Shown here: piece by piece, positions 10,224 to 19,721 of the stretch | Layout: the number at the start of each line of letters is the position of its first letter | How positions within the stretch are numbered: position 1 is the stretch's first letter | Made by a program: the position numbers and the translations under genes | Assembly: GCA_964583985.1 (NCBI GenBank) | Contig: CAZOYD010000016.1 | Span: 1 to 53,315, forward strand | Origin: an uncultured archaeon | GTDB taxonomy: Archaea > Asgardarchaeota > Lokiarchaeia > Sigyniarchaeales > SOKP01 | Reading direction: 5' to 3' | DNA length: 53,315 nucleotides | The notes under the pieces: model-generated | What the model saw: the letters and a program-made list of their open reading frames with translations, nothing else | Told to the model about the DNA's origin: nothing | The model's database searches: none

Positions 10224-10313
10224 ATGATTTTCTTTAAGACATTTTTGGTTAATTCAACTAAATGTTTTGAATATGGTAGTTGCATTTCTAAATGTCCTAA
10301 GAATGCCATTTAA
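10224..10313 (+). pseudogene. 29-aa mini-ORF or relic with a degenerate ferredoxin motif
   Basis: MIFFKTFLVNSTKCFEYGSCISKCPKNAI*: CxxCxxCxxxCP(xxAI) with the second Cys as Tyr (TAT, one base from TGT). Confidence 0.5.
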
Positions 10314-10431
10314 TAGTATAATGAGAAATAAATTGGTTGTTTTGGATAAAATAATAGTTAAATACAAATAATTTTATTAGGTTTATAGTCATTTCAGATC
10401 AATTTTATCTTTTAAGTATTCGGATCCTAAG

Positions 10432-10866
10432 ATGAAAGAATTATATGAATTGGGAATAGTATTCCGTGGATTTGTCTTAGTAAAACATTTATTTAAAGAA
10501 ATTCCAGACTCAAAAAGTTCAACCGATCCGAATAAGGATTTACGAGGTGCATTTATTTCTGCTATTAACATGTTTGCTAAAAATGCTTTTAATAATATTT
10601 CATTAGAATATTTAGAGTCAAAAAATATATTGTTCATATTTAAACCACGTGAAATTCAGGCTTCGGATTGTAATTGTGCTGAAATTCTCATTTTATATGG
10701 TCTTACAGATAAAAGAAAGAAAGATCCAGATAAATTAGTAAAAAAATTCTTGGAAAAGTCCGAACCCATAATAGAATCTTTTATATTAAAATATTCAAAC
10801 AAGGATTTCACTGAATTAGATCAGTTTTTAGCTTTTCAAGATGAAATTCCCGCCTTTTTTGCTTGA
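10432..10866 (+). CDS. Longin-like domain protein
   Basis: 144 aa with a beta-beta-alpha-beta-beta-beta-alpha-alpha pattern and DLRGAFISAINMFA helix typical of Asgard longin-like proteins. Confidence 0.65.
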   Translation: MKELYELGIVFRGFVLVKHLFKEIPDSKSSTDPNKDLRGAFISAINMFAKNAFNNISLEYLESKNILFIFKPREIQASDCNCAEILILYGLTDKRKKDPDKLVKKFLEKSEPIIESFILKYSNKDFTELDQFLAFQDEIPAFFA

Positions 10867-10887
10867 TCGGTATTAAATAAGTTTGAT

Positions 10888-12546
10888 TTATTGAGGTGTT
10901 AAACGCCAACCTTTAGGATTTGATTTAGAATATTGTATGACGCCATGATCTTTTAATAAATCCACTTGCTCTTCCACATCTGATTCACTATATCCTAAAA
11001 TGGTTATTTCAGTTATCAGCTTTGTTCTAGTGGGAATCAGTTTGTTTTTCTCGAGATTGTGCATAATAATGTATCGGAGATTTTCATCAATTTTTAATTG
11101 CTCTTCAGATTTACCCGGTGCTTTTTCTTTTTGTAATGCACGAATTAAATCAGCTCCTTTGGGAGCTTTTTCCTCAACTATCTCAGTTTCAATTTTAGTA
11201 GCAACTTTTGGTTCTTGTATGACTCCTCCAGGACCAATCTCTTCTTCAGAAAGACTCCACAAAGAATAAATTACTTTTTCATAAGTACCCGGTTTTTGGA
11301 TTTTCATCAATTCAAATTCATTTTTTACACTTTCTTTCAAATATCCAATTTTCTCTAATTCTTTTGTAATTCCATCAATAACTCTTGTTTCCTCTAAAAT
11401 TTTAAAAATATAATCTCGAAGATTTGTAGGAACTGTCTTTATTTCCGCTGGTTGTTCTAATTCACCTTCAACAATTTGAGGTTTTTCCCTTTTAATGGAA
11501 CCCATTTTATCGGATACATCTAATTTTGGTTTTTCCCCCCATTCAAAATCAGAAACACACCTCAAGCTTCTATCATACCCTCCAAAAATAATGTCAATTA
11601 AACCTTGTTCTTCATCCACGATTGGAAAGACAATTTTAATTGAATTTGACGTGCTAGTCTTCCACTTCAACTCGAAATTTGTCGAGTCAATTTGTTGATT
11701 ATGAAAAATATTTAATGTTCCATCAGCACATCCAACAATGATTTCTTTGGCATTATCACCATCTATATCAGCTACACGCACTGAAATTGGTCGACCTCCT
11801 TCTATTTCGATAACATGCAGTTCTTCTCCATCAGCATTATATATTTTTACTTTTGAATCATCTGATCCGATAATTATCTCATTATACCCATTGTTAACAA
11901 CATCTCCAACATCAATCGCATTAATTTGAGATCCGAGCTCTCGTTGCCAAATTATATCTGGCATTCCGTTTTTTATTTGTATTAATTGTAACATTCCATT
12001 TTTTGTTCCAATTAGTAATCCTTGAATGGGATCTTTAAGATTTGATAATTTTAAACATCCCGAAGTACAAGAAGTGACCCAAGAATCATAATATAGTACA
12101 AACTTAGGAGAATTCGCATCAATGTTCTCAAAAATTTTTACTGTTTTATCCTCTCCACCTTGGATTAATTCGATATTACCATCATTAGAGATATCCCCCG
12201 CAGTGACACATAGGACTTTCCCTGAGGAACGATAATTCATTATGGTGGCTAATTTATTTAAGCCTTTAACAAATTTTAAAACGAGAAAATTGCCATCACC
12301 AGCACCAACCAATATCTCATCGCATCCATCAGATGTGATGTCAATCGGATAAGTACAGCGGCACCAACCATCAAATATAACACTATCTAATATTTGCATT
12401 TCATCGTCCATCAAGTAGAGAGTTTTATCATGACCCCCAAAAACAAAAAACCGCTTATCATCGCACTTTAAACTTGAATAAGTGAGTACAGCATCAGGAG
12501 CTTCAAACATCCATTTTAAATTGAAGCGTTTTTTTAATTTTGACAT
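10888..12546 (-). CDS. FG-GAP/WD-like beta-propeller protein with duplicated C-terminal winged-helix-like repeat
   Basis: Repeats DITSDGCDEILVGAGDG, GDISNDGNIELIQGGEDK, GDVVNNGYNEIIIGSDDS, DIDGDNAKEIIVGCADG; no signal peptide; two LR..I...LE...GY....V....W.L repeats. Confidence 0.75.
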   Translation of the reverse strand: MSKLKKRFNLKWMFEAPDAVLTYSSLKCDDKRFFVFGGHDKTLYLMDDEMQILDSVIFDGWCRCTYPIDITSDGCDEILVGAGDGNFLVLKFVKGLNKLATIMNYRSSGKVLCVTAGDISNDGNIELIQGGEDKTVKIFENIDANSPKFVLYYDSWVTSCTSGCLKLSNLKDPIQGLLIGTKNGMLQLIQIKNGMPDIIWQRELGSQINAIDVGDVVNNGYNEIIIGSDDSKVKIYNADGEELHVIEIEGGRPISVRVADIDGDNAKEIIVGCADGTLNIFHNQQIDSTNFELKWKTSTSNSIKIVFPIVDEEQGLIDIIFGGYDRSLRCVSDFEWGEKPKLDVSDKMGSIKREKPQIVEGELEQPAEIKTVPTNLRDYIFKILEETRVIDGITKELEKIGYLKESVKNEFELMKIQKPGTYEKVIYSLWSLSEEEIGPGGVIQEPKVATKIETEIVEEKAPKGADLIRALQKEKAPGKSEEQLKIDENLRYIIMHNLEKNKLIPTRTKLITEITILGYSESDVEEQVDLLKDHGVIQYSKSNPKGWRLTPQ

Positions 12547-12699
12547 AATTATGAAAATTAGTATTTGAGTTTATAGAATTTTTCTTTTAATTTAATTACT
12601 TTTACAATTAAATAATCCACTAATCTATAAATATAGAAGTTATTTAATGAATATTTAATCCTTTTGGTTTAATCCTCATAAAAACAGTGATATTATATT

Positions 12700-12732
12700 A
12701 AAAAAAGAAATAAAGCAAAATAAAAAAAAAAT
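12700..12732 (-). terminator. Oligo-U type archaeal terminator
   Basis: Long T-rich tract on the minus strand about 30-60 nt after the stop at 12760. Confidence 0.5.
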
Positions 12733-12759
12733 ATTTTCATTGAGAAGATTTTTTAAATT

Positions 12760-14934
12760 TCAGAAAGCTGCTTGGGCATCGCTGGGACTATAATCTCCAG
12801 TACCATTTATCTCGTAGGTGATTTCTAATCGTTCTCCTGCGTCTAACTTCTCGATGGTCCACTTTAGAGTGTCACTTCCAACTTCATCGGTGATCTCTGG
12901 CTTTTTGGAATAACTGCCATACTCGAAGCTGTCTGGGACTTTATCCATCAACACTAAGTTCTGAAGCGGAGCTGTACCAATGTTTTCTACTAGTAAAATA
13001 ATCTTATAGTGTCCTAATTTACCAATATGTAACACTTCTTTACCAATTCTGAATCTTCTCCTGAGATGGAGCGCTTCTACAACAGGTACTGCAGGTAAGA
13101 ATTCTAATTCAGAAGACATTGGAAAAGTGTTAGCGTTATAGATTATTTCTGATTCAAACTTCGCATCTTGAACAGGATTCACGCAATGAATTGGATATTT
13201 GAATTGTAAATTGGATTCTGGTGTGAACATTCCGGAATCTGAATTTCTCAAGTCTTTTAACGTGATTTTAAACACGCTTCCATCAAAAGAAACAGCATCA
13301 GAATCTAATTCAAGTTCGCTTCCATTCCACAATAACTTAATTTCACTAGCTTTAGGAGGTTGAAATTCGTTAGTGAAGAATTTTTGGGTGACTTTTACTT
13401 CATTTAAGGGAGCGGATCCATTGTTTACAATTTTAAGCGTGGCAAAAATATCTTGCTCCTTATATGTAGGTACTTGTTCAATATCGTAAGACATGTCTCC
13501 TGTCATGCTGGCAATTTCTAAGATAACATCTGAGATTATGGTTGAGCCATTAACAAGAGTTTGAAAATCAGGCATGACTCTGAATTCAAGTTTCTTTCTA
13601 AAGGCAGGATATTCTTCTGATTCGAACTTCCATTTGTTAGAATGCCATTGAGCTCCTGCTGGTAGGAGAGAAACGTCTTTTGGATCGATATCTACAAATT
13701 TGGTTCCTTCGTCATCAGGTGAGTATACATCCGCATTAAACAATTGTATGATAAATTCAGAGGCATTTTCAAAAACTAGCTTGCAGTCCCATACTCCTGG
13801 CTCTGCATCAAGTTCGACAGTATCGACATAAAATCGATTGCGAGTATAAGCATCGTATTTATCAATATCCAAACCTCCAGCAAAGGAAGATGACCCTTGA
13901 TATGTAATTTCAATTGGTCCTGTTTTTCGAGCAGTGATATCAGATACGGTAATATTGCTCGTAAATTTCAAAATTGCAGTACGATCTGGCTCGAGTTTAT
14001 CGATTGTCCAAACAACTTTATTGCCTTTTACATCTGCTCTTCCCACGGAAGTGCTTCTAATCATTGTTGCTGAAAAATCAGGGGGGATTGTTTTCACTAA
14101 CTTGACATTAGATATCGCTTTTTCAAACATGGAGCGTAACCCAATTGCGAACCAAACTACATTTTCTTTATCTATGGAGATTCCAAAAGATTCTAAGGAA
14201 TAATCAGCTGCTTTCATTCCACCATCTGGATATGTTTCATCGTCCTCAGGCTCTTCCTCTTCTTCTTCTTCTTTTTCTTCCTCTTCTTCCTCTTCGTCTT
14301 TCGCTTCTACAACCTTTACCTTAGAACCCGCTTTGCTTGTTTTATTTTTTAATTTTTCCAGATCTGCTTCAATTTCCCTCTCTGTTAAAACATCATCTGC
14401 ATTTGGGAGAGTATTAATGTATTCTTTTACCAAAAGGAGGTTAGGAACTGCATCTTTAATTTGAAATTTATGAGTTTCAACATTTGTGGCATCATCCGTA
14501 CCTAATTCTCGGATTTTAATAGCTTCGGAAGCTAAATCGGTTTTCTCGATATTTTTTAGTGTGATGTCAATATCCCAAATCCTATCTTTTTTGCTAGGAT
14601 TTTCTATATTCAAATTTCCTTGAAAATTCATGGATTCTATGTTAGAATCATGATCTAATTCCACACTTACATTTTCAACAATTTTAACTAAACCTAATAA
14701 ACCCTCACGATTTCCATCTTTTAATAATATGGATCCTTCTAAAGCACCTGTATCGGCATCATACGTCTCAATTACAGGAGTGGTAAGATCTCTATCGATT
14801 AAAGTGACCTTTCCTTCATCCATTTGCGAACGTTTTAATCCTTCAGCAACTTTTGCTTCTTTTGCTTCAGAGGCATCCCAACCATGTCCCCGTGTTGGTT
14901 CTTCTCGAGGTTTCTTATCTTTCTTTCGTGCCAT
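12760..14934 (-). CDS. Cytoplasmic multi-beta-sandwich protein: mu-homology-like region, poly-Glu insert, C-terminal DUF11/Ig-like domains
   Basis: VKIVENVSVELDHDSNIESMNFQGNLNI and NVKLVKTIPP...TSVG...NKVVWTI...GPIEITY...GGLDI recall adaptor mu/delta-COP C-terminal domains; VENIGTAPLQNLVLMDKVP...LKWTIEKL is DUF11-like; no signal or TM segment. Confidence 0.6.
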   Translation of the reverse strand: MARKKDKKPREEPTRGHGWDASEAKEAKVAEGLKRSQMDEGKVTLIDRDLTTPVIETYDADTGALEGSILLKDGNREGLLGLVKIVENVSVELDHDSNIESMNFQGNLNIENPSKKDRIWDIDITLKNIEKTDLASEAIKIRELGTDDATNVETHKFQIKDAVPNLLLVKEYINTLPNADDVLTEREIEADLEKLKNKTSKAGSKVKVVEAKDEEEEEEEKEEEEEEEPEDDETYPDGGMKAADYSLESFGISIDKENVVWFAIGLRSMFEKAISNVKLVKTIPPDFSATMIRSTSVGRADVKGNKVVWTIDKLEPDRTAILKFTSNITVSDITARKTGPIEITYQGSSSFAGGLDIDKYDAYTRNRFYVDTVELDAEPGVWDCKLVFENASEFIIQLFNADVYSPDDEGTKFVDIDPKDVSLLPAGAQWHSNKWKFESEEYPAFRKKLEFRVMPDFQTLVNGSTIISDVILEIASMTGDMSYDIEQVPTYKEQDIFATLKIVNNGSAPLNEVKVTQKFFTNEFQPPKASEIKLLWNGSELELDSDAVSFDGSVFKITLKDLRNSDSGMFTPESNLQFKYPIHCVNPVQDAKFESEIIYNANTFPMSSELEFLPAVPVVEALHLRRRFRIGKEVLHIGKLGHYKIILLVENIGTAPLQNLVLMDKVPDSFEYGSYSKKPEITDEVGSDTLKWTIEKLDAGERLEITYEINGTGDYSPSDAQAAF

Positions 14935-15075
14935 TGTTTATCACTTTTTTTTTAATTTTTATTAGATTATTAGAATTTATTTATCGTTTGATAAAATAAT
15001 TTCGATGTAACAAATATACTTACTATGATTAAAAAAGCTTTTTTATATAATTTATCAAAATTATCAGAACCAAAA

Positions 15076-15270
15076 TCATAAAAATCTTTTTTCGATAGGT
15101 TCTTTTCCATTTGGAGGAAAATTAGGCTCGATAAATTTATGTCCACACATGGGGCATTTTTTTGTCGTTTTTTTAGATGTAGGATCAAAAATTCTGAAAC
15201 TATATCCACAAACGGGACATGTTTTTATCAAGTCATTTCCGATTCCATTTATTTTTAGTTTCTTATCCAT
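15076..15270 (-). CDS. Small zinc-ribbon protein
   Basis: CPVCG...CPMCG; starts 2 nt after the glycerate kinase stop. Confidence 0.7.
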   Translation of the reverse strand: MDKKLKINGIGNDLIKTCPVCGYSFRIFDPTSKKTTKKCPMCGHKFIEPNFPPNGKEPIEKRFL

Positions 15271-15271
15271 T

Positions 15272-16711
15272 TTATTTCATTTTTTGGGTAATTAAGATTA
15301 AAAGTAAATCATTCACATTGCATCCAGTTGGACCCGATATTATTTCAGTTCCGATTTCCTTAAAGAATGCATTAGAATTGTTATCATCCAATAATTGTTT
15401 TATGTATCTGTTTTTAGATGAAATTCGAGATATTGTGTCATTATCAATTAAACAACCCATCGCATTACTATTACCTTCAATACCATCGAGATTCACACCT
15501 ATAATTACATGATTGTATTCTTTAATAATAGAATTTTTAGCACTACTTAAATAACTTAGTAACATTTCTTGATTTCTCCCACCTATGCCATTACCATTTA
15601 ATGTAACCGTAAGCTCTCCAGTGGCAATGAGAGCCATTTTTCCTATGCCCCTCTTATTAAAGCTCTTTATTTTTTCTGGAATGATTTGAGCTAATTGAAG
15701 TCCAAAAATTCTTGCTTCACCTGATAGATTATTGGAAAAATAGTCAACAACGAATTCTTCACTCTCTAAAAACGGTTTGATCACATCTACCGCAGCATTA
15801 ATACTTCCAATTAAATAGTTTGTTACTTGTGAAAAACAGGGATCTCCTTCTTTAGGTGTTTCTAATTTTGGATTGATTAATCCTTCTTCAATGATTTTAA
15901 TGACAGAAGCAGGAAATTTATTCCACATCTTATATTTTTTGAGAATTCTTCTTGCGTCTGTAAATGTCGATAAATCAGGCACGGTTGGACCGGATGCTAT
16001 CGAATTCAAGTCATTTCCCACTACATCTGATATAATTAGAGAGATAATTCTTGCCCCACTTGTATCATATACTCTTTTTGCTAAATTCCCTCCTTTTATT
16101 GATGAGATATGCTTTCTTATAACATTTATTTCTTGAATTGGAGCTCCGGATGCAATAAGTATCGAATTTATGTTTTGGAATTCTTCAAATGATATTCCTT
16201 CCCTTGGTAATGGTAAGAGTGCGGAGCCTCCTCCTGAAATTAGACAGATTATCAAATCGTTTGAGGTAGATTTATCAATAAAACTCATCATCTTTTTTGT
16301 ACCTTCAAAACCAGATTTATTAGGAATTGGATGGGATGCCAAGTTGATTTCAACATCTCTTTTTAATTCATAATTACTTATATCTTGATTTTGCGGAACA
16401 TTTATTATGCCTTGATAATGGATATTGGGTATTTTAATGAGTAGATTTTCAAGGGCAAAAAACATTTCTGCACTTGCTTTTCCACCCCCAATGATGTAAA
16501 TGGAGTTAAAATCTTTTAGTGGAAATGGTTCATTTTGAATGTATAGGGTATTATTGAGAACAATCACAGACTCTTCTATCAATTTTCTTGGCATAACTGA
16601 TTGTATTGCTTTTTCCAAACAATTTATACAGAGTTTTCGAAGGTTAAATTCTATTTCCGATAAATTATCGGGTAATAATTGCTTTAAATTTTTAATTAAC
16701 AAATTTGTCAT
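15272..16711 (-). CDS. Glycerate 2-kinase (MOFRL/DUF4147 family)
   Basis: GGGKAS, ASHPIP, LISGGGSAL, RKHISSIKGG, ISDVVG, IASGPT, GGRNQE, GPTGCNVND. Confidence 0.92.
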   Translation of the reverse strand: MTNLLIKNLKQLLPDNLSEIEFNLRKLCINCLEKAIQSVMPRKLIEESVIVLNNTLYIQNEPFPLKDFNSIYIIGGGKASAEMFFALENLLIKIPNIHYQGIINVPQNQDISNYELKRDVEINLASHPIPNKSGFEGTKKMMSFIDKSTSNDLIICLISGGGSALLPLPREGISFEEFQNINSILIASGAPIQEINVIRKHISSIKGGNLAKRVYDTSGARIISLIISDVVGNDLNSIASGPTVPDLSTFTDARRILKKYKMWNKFPASVIKIIEEGLINPKLETPKEGDPCFSQVTNYLIGSINAAVDVIKPFLESEEFVVDYFSNNLSGEARIFGLQLAQIIPEKIKSFNKRGIGKMALIATGELTVTLNGNGIGGRNQEMLLSYLSSAKNSIIKEYNHVIIGVNLDGIEGNSNAMGCLIDNDTISRISSKNRYIKQLLDDNNSNAFFKEIGTEIISGPTGCNVNDLLLILITQKMK

Positions 16712-16835
16712 GATAATTACTCCTCATGTAAGAAAGCATATATTGCATTTAATTAAACTTATAATTGGTTGGATGATTTTCATCCATAATATTATAAGAT
16801 ATGAAAACATAAAAATTAAAGTAGTCGAGTGTAAA

Positions 16836-18320
16836 ATGACCGAAATGTATGATATTGCAGTTATTGGAGCAGGTCCGGGAGGATACCACACGGCAGTGAG
16901 GGCTGCACAATATGGAGCAAAAGTAGCTTTAATTGAAAAGCGAAATCTGGGAGGAACGTGCTTGAATTGGGGTTGCATACCCACCAAGGCGCTATATGCA
17001 TCCGCTGAATTGATCCAAAACATTAGGGAACACGGAACAGAATTTGGAATTTCATGTGACCCTGAAATAAATTTTGCCAAAGCTGTAGATCGAAAGAATA
17101 AAGTTGTTAAAGAATTGGTTGAGGGTATTGCTGGACTTGAAAAAGCTTGGAAAAACGATGTGTACAATGGTCATGGGAGGATTATTGGTGGAAATGCTAA
17201 TGATGGCTTTGATATTTCTATTAATGGAGAAGAAACGCAGAATATAAAAGCAAAAAGAGTTATTATTGCAACTGGATCCTCTCCAGCTTTGATTCCCGCA
17301 TTCAACATTGATCATGATAGAATTTTAACAAGCGATGATATTTTGCACCCTGATTTTAAAAAAGTCCCGGGAAGATTATTAATTATCGGAGCAGGGGTAA
17401 TAGGGTGTGAATTTGCTAATATATTTACTACATTTGGTTCTAAAGTCATAATGTTAGAATATCTCTCAACCCCAATAGCTACCGAGGAACCCATGGTTAT
17501 TAAAGAACTTCAAAAGAAGTTAATTGAAATGGGTATAGACATAAATGTATCTCTAAATGTTTTGTCTGTTGAAAATACAGGCTCTGGTGTAAAAGCTACA
17601 ACATGCTCTGCAGATGTTCCGCGAGATCAAGTTGATAAAGCCGAAAAATTATATTTCGAAGCAGATTATTGCTTAGTCTCAATTGGAAGAGCTCGTGAAT
17701 CTACCAATTTAGGATTAGAAGAATTGGGAATTGAAACAAATAGGGGCGCTATAACAATCGATCAAAAAACCTGTGAAACAGCTGTAAAAGGTATTTATGC
17801 AATAGGTGATGTAGCCATGTCTGGGGCGCCAATGCTTGCTCATGTTGCAAGTTATATGGGAGATATTTCTGTAGCAAATGCTTTAGATAGTATTGGAGGA
17901 TTTCCTATAAAAGAACGAACTACTGATTATAGGGTTGTTCCCGCTACTATCTTTACTAGTCCAAATATTGGTTCTGTTGGCCTTAGAAGGAACCAAGCTA
18001 AGGATTTGGGCATAGATTTAGCAATGGGACGATTCGCTTACAGTTCTCTTGGAAAAGCGAAGTGTGCAGGGCACGAAGAAGGATTTATCATGATTTTAGT
18101 TAATAAAAAAGATCATAAAGTAATAGGTGCTTCATGTATCGGGGCAGAAGCACCAGAATTAATTGCTGAAATTGCTTTAGCGATGCAACATGGACTAACT
18201 GTTCATGATATTGGAGAAACAATCCACAGTCACCCAACGATATCAGAAATGGTTCTAGAAGGTTCAGAAGACGTATTTGGTTTTGCCATTCATAAAAAGG
18301 GAAGACCAGAACTTCATTAA
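16836..18320 (+). CDS. lpdA: Dihydrolipoyl dehydrogenase
   Basis: VIGAGPGGY, GGTCLNWGCIPTK, GAGVIGCE, HSHPTISE. Start moved to ATG 16836 because the tracked extension overlaps the divergent gene. Confidence 0.93.
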   Translation: MTEMYDIAVIGAGPGGYHTAVRAAQYGAKVALIEKRNLGGTCLNWGCIPTKALYASAELIQNIREHGTEFGISCDPEINFAKAVDRKNKVVKELVEGIAGLEKAWKNDVYNGHGRIIGGNANDGFDISINGEETQNIKAKRVIIATGSSPALIPAFNIDHDRILTSDDILHPDFKKVPGRLLIIGAGVIGCEFANIFTTFGSKVIMLEYLSTPIATEEPMVIKELQKKLIEMGIDINVSLNVLSVENTGSGVKATTCSADVPRDQVDKAEKLYFEADYCLVSIGRARESTNLGLEELGIETNRGAITIDQKTCETAVKGIYAIGDVAMSGAPMLAHVASYMGDISVANALDSIGGFPIKERTTDYRVVPATIFTSPNIGSVGLRRNQAKDLGIDLAMGRFAYSSLGKAKCAGHEEGFIMILVNKKDHKVIGASCIGAEAPELIAEIALAMQHGLTVHDIGETIHSHPTISEMVLEGSEDVFGFAIHKKGRPELH

Positions 18321-18405
18321 TATCCTATATCTTTTCATTTTTATCTTATTATTACTTTTTAACTATGCTTTAAATTTCATTAAGAACTAAATATAATGAG
18401 TAACC

Positions 18406-19707
18406 ATGAAAGAAGATACAAGTAAGAAATACATCGGAATTTTACCTCAAGATCAACTATTAAAATTATATGCTAAACATGTGAATGCACCCAAAGTTCG
18501 TACATTTAAAGGTTTTGGATTCGGTGTAATGCCTGGAGAGAGGTATGGGATAAAATTTAAAACATTAGTGGGCGTTAAATCTTCAGATCCTCCATTGGAA
18601 ATTTATAATTGCAGATCCAGTGGTGGAGTCTTCAATTTAGGTCATTGTAATCCTCAGGTTGTCCAAGTTCTAAAGGATGCATTGGATAGTGGATTAGATA
18701 TTGGAGATCACATGTTATTATCTGAGTGGAGAGCGTTATTAGCTAAAAAATTAGCTGATTTAATGCCTCCAGGAATTACAAAAACAACTTTTGGGGTAAG
18801 CGGTGGTGAAGCTATAGATACAGCTATAAAATTTTCACGTGCATATACGAAAAGAAGGGGTTGCATATCTGCTATAGGTGGCTATCATGGACACACTGGA
18901 TTCGCCTTATTAACTGGGGATCCTGAATTCAGAGAGACCTTTCTATGGCATAATCCCGATTTTAAACAAGTCCCTTTTGGAGATGCTGACGCAATGAGGA
19001 AAAGTGTTACAGAGGAAATATCTTGTGTCATTTTAGAAACAATTCCCGCTACAGGGGGAGTTTTGATTGCCCCAGAAGGTTATTTTGCTGAAGTTCGCGA
19101 AATATGCGATAATAATGGCGTTATGTTAATAATAGATGAGGTTCAAGCAGGATTAGGTCGAACTGGACAATTTTGGGCTATTTATGGAGGCATGTATCCC
19201 AATGAAAAGGTAATTCCTGATTTTATCGTCTGTGGAAAAGGGATGAGTTCAGGAATTTATCCACTTTCTACTTGTTCCTATAAATCTTTTATAGAAAAAG
19301 AGATTTTCAATGAAGATGCATTTATTCATATTTCGACTACAGGAGGATCGGATCTAGGTTGTGCTGTTGCAAGTGAAATGTTAGATATTCAATCCGATCC
19401 AAAATTCCTCGAACATGTAAGGCAAATGGGAGAGCTTTTTGGAAATGGTTTAAAAAGTATTCAAACTGAATATCCTGAGTTTATTAAAGAAGTTCGAGGG
19501 AGAGGTTTAATGTGGGGTGTTGAATTCTATGATGAGAATCTTTGTTTGAAAAGCATGATTCTTTGCATCCAAGAGGGAATCTTACTGAACTATTGTGGAA
19601 ATAAAAAAAATACTCTTATAATAATGCCTCCATTAATTGTTCAAAAAAATGAAATTGAAGAAATAATTGTTAGAATCAGAAATGGAATTCAAAAATTAAA
19701 AAAATAA
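18406..19707 (+). CDS. Class III PLP aminotransferase (putrescine/ornithine aminotransferase-like)
   Basis: SGGEA, YHG, LIIDEVQAGLGRTG, CGKGMSSG, RGRGLMWG. Confidence 0.9.
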   Translation: MKEDTSKKYIGILPQDQLLKLYAKHVNAPKVRTFKGFGFGVMPGERYGIKFKTLVGVKSSDPPLEIYNCRSSGGVFNLGHCNPQVVQVLKDALDSGLDIGDHMLLSEWRALLAKKLADLMPPGITKTTFGVSGGEAIDTAIKFSRAYTKRRGCISAIGGYHGHTGFALLTGDPEFRETFLWHNPDFKQVPFGDADAMRKSVTEEISCVILETIPATGGVLIAPEGYFAEVREICDNNGVMLIIDEVQAGLGRTGQFWAIYGGMYPNEKVIPDFIVCGKGMSSGIYPLSTCSYKSFIEKEIFNEDAFIHISTTGGSDLGCAVASEMLDIQSDPKFLEHVRQMGELFGNGLKSIQTEYPEFIKEVRGRGLMWGVEFYDENLCLKSMILCIQEGILLNYCGNKKNTLIIMPPLIVQKNEIEEIIVRIRNGIQKLKK

Positions 19708-19721
19708 GAGAAATGATTATC

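Noticed and set aside
14240-14297. TCT/TCC trinucleotide repeat as a DNA repeat element
   Set aside because: Simply encodes the poly-Glu loop of the 724-aa protein.
16539-16835. 99-aa N-terminal extension of LpdA in the ORF track
   Set aside because: Overlaps the divergent glycerate kinase gene and has no family features; homology begins at MTEMYDIAVIG (16836).
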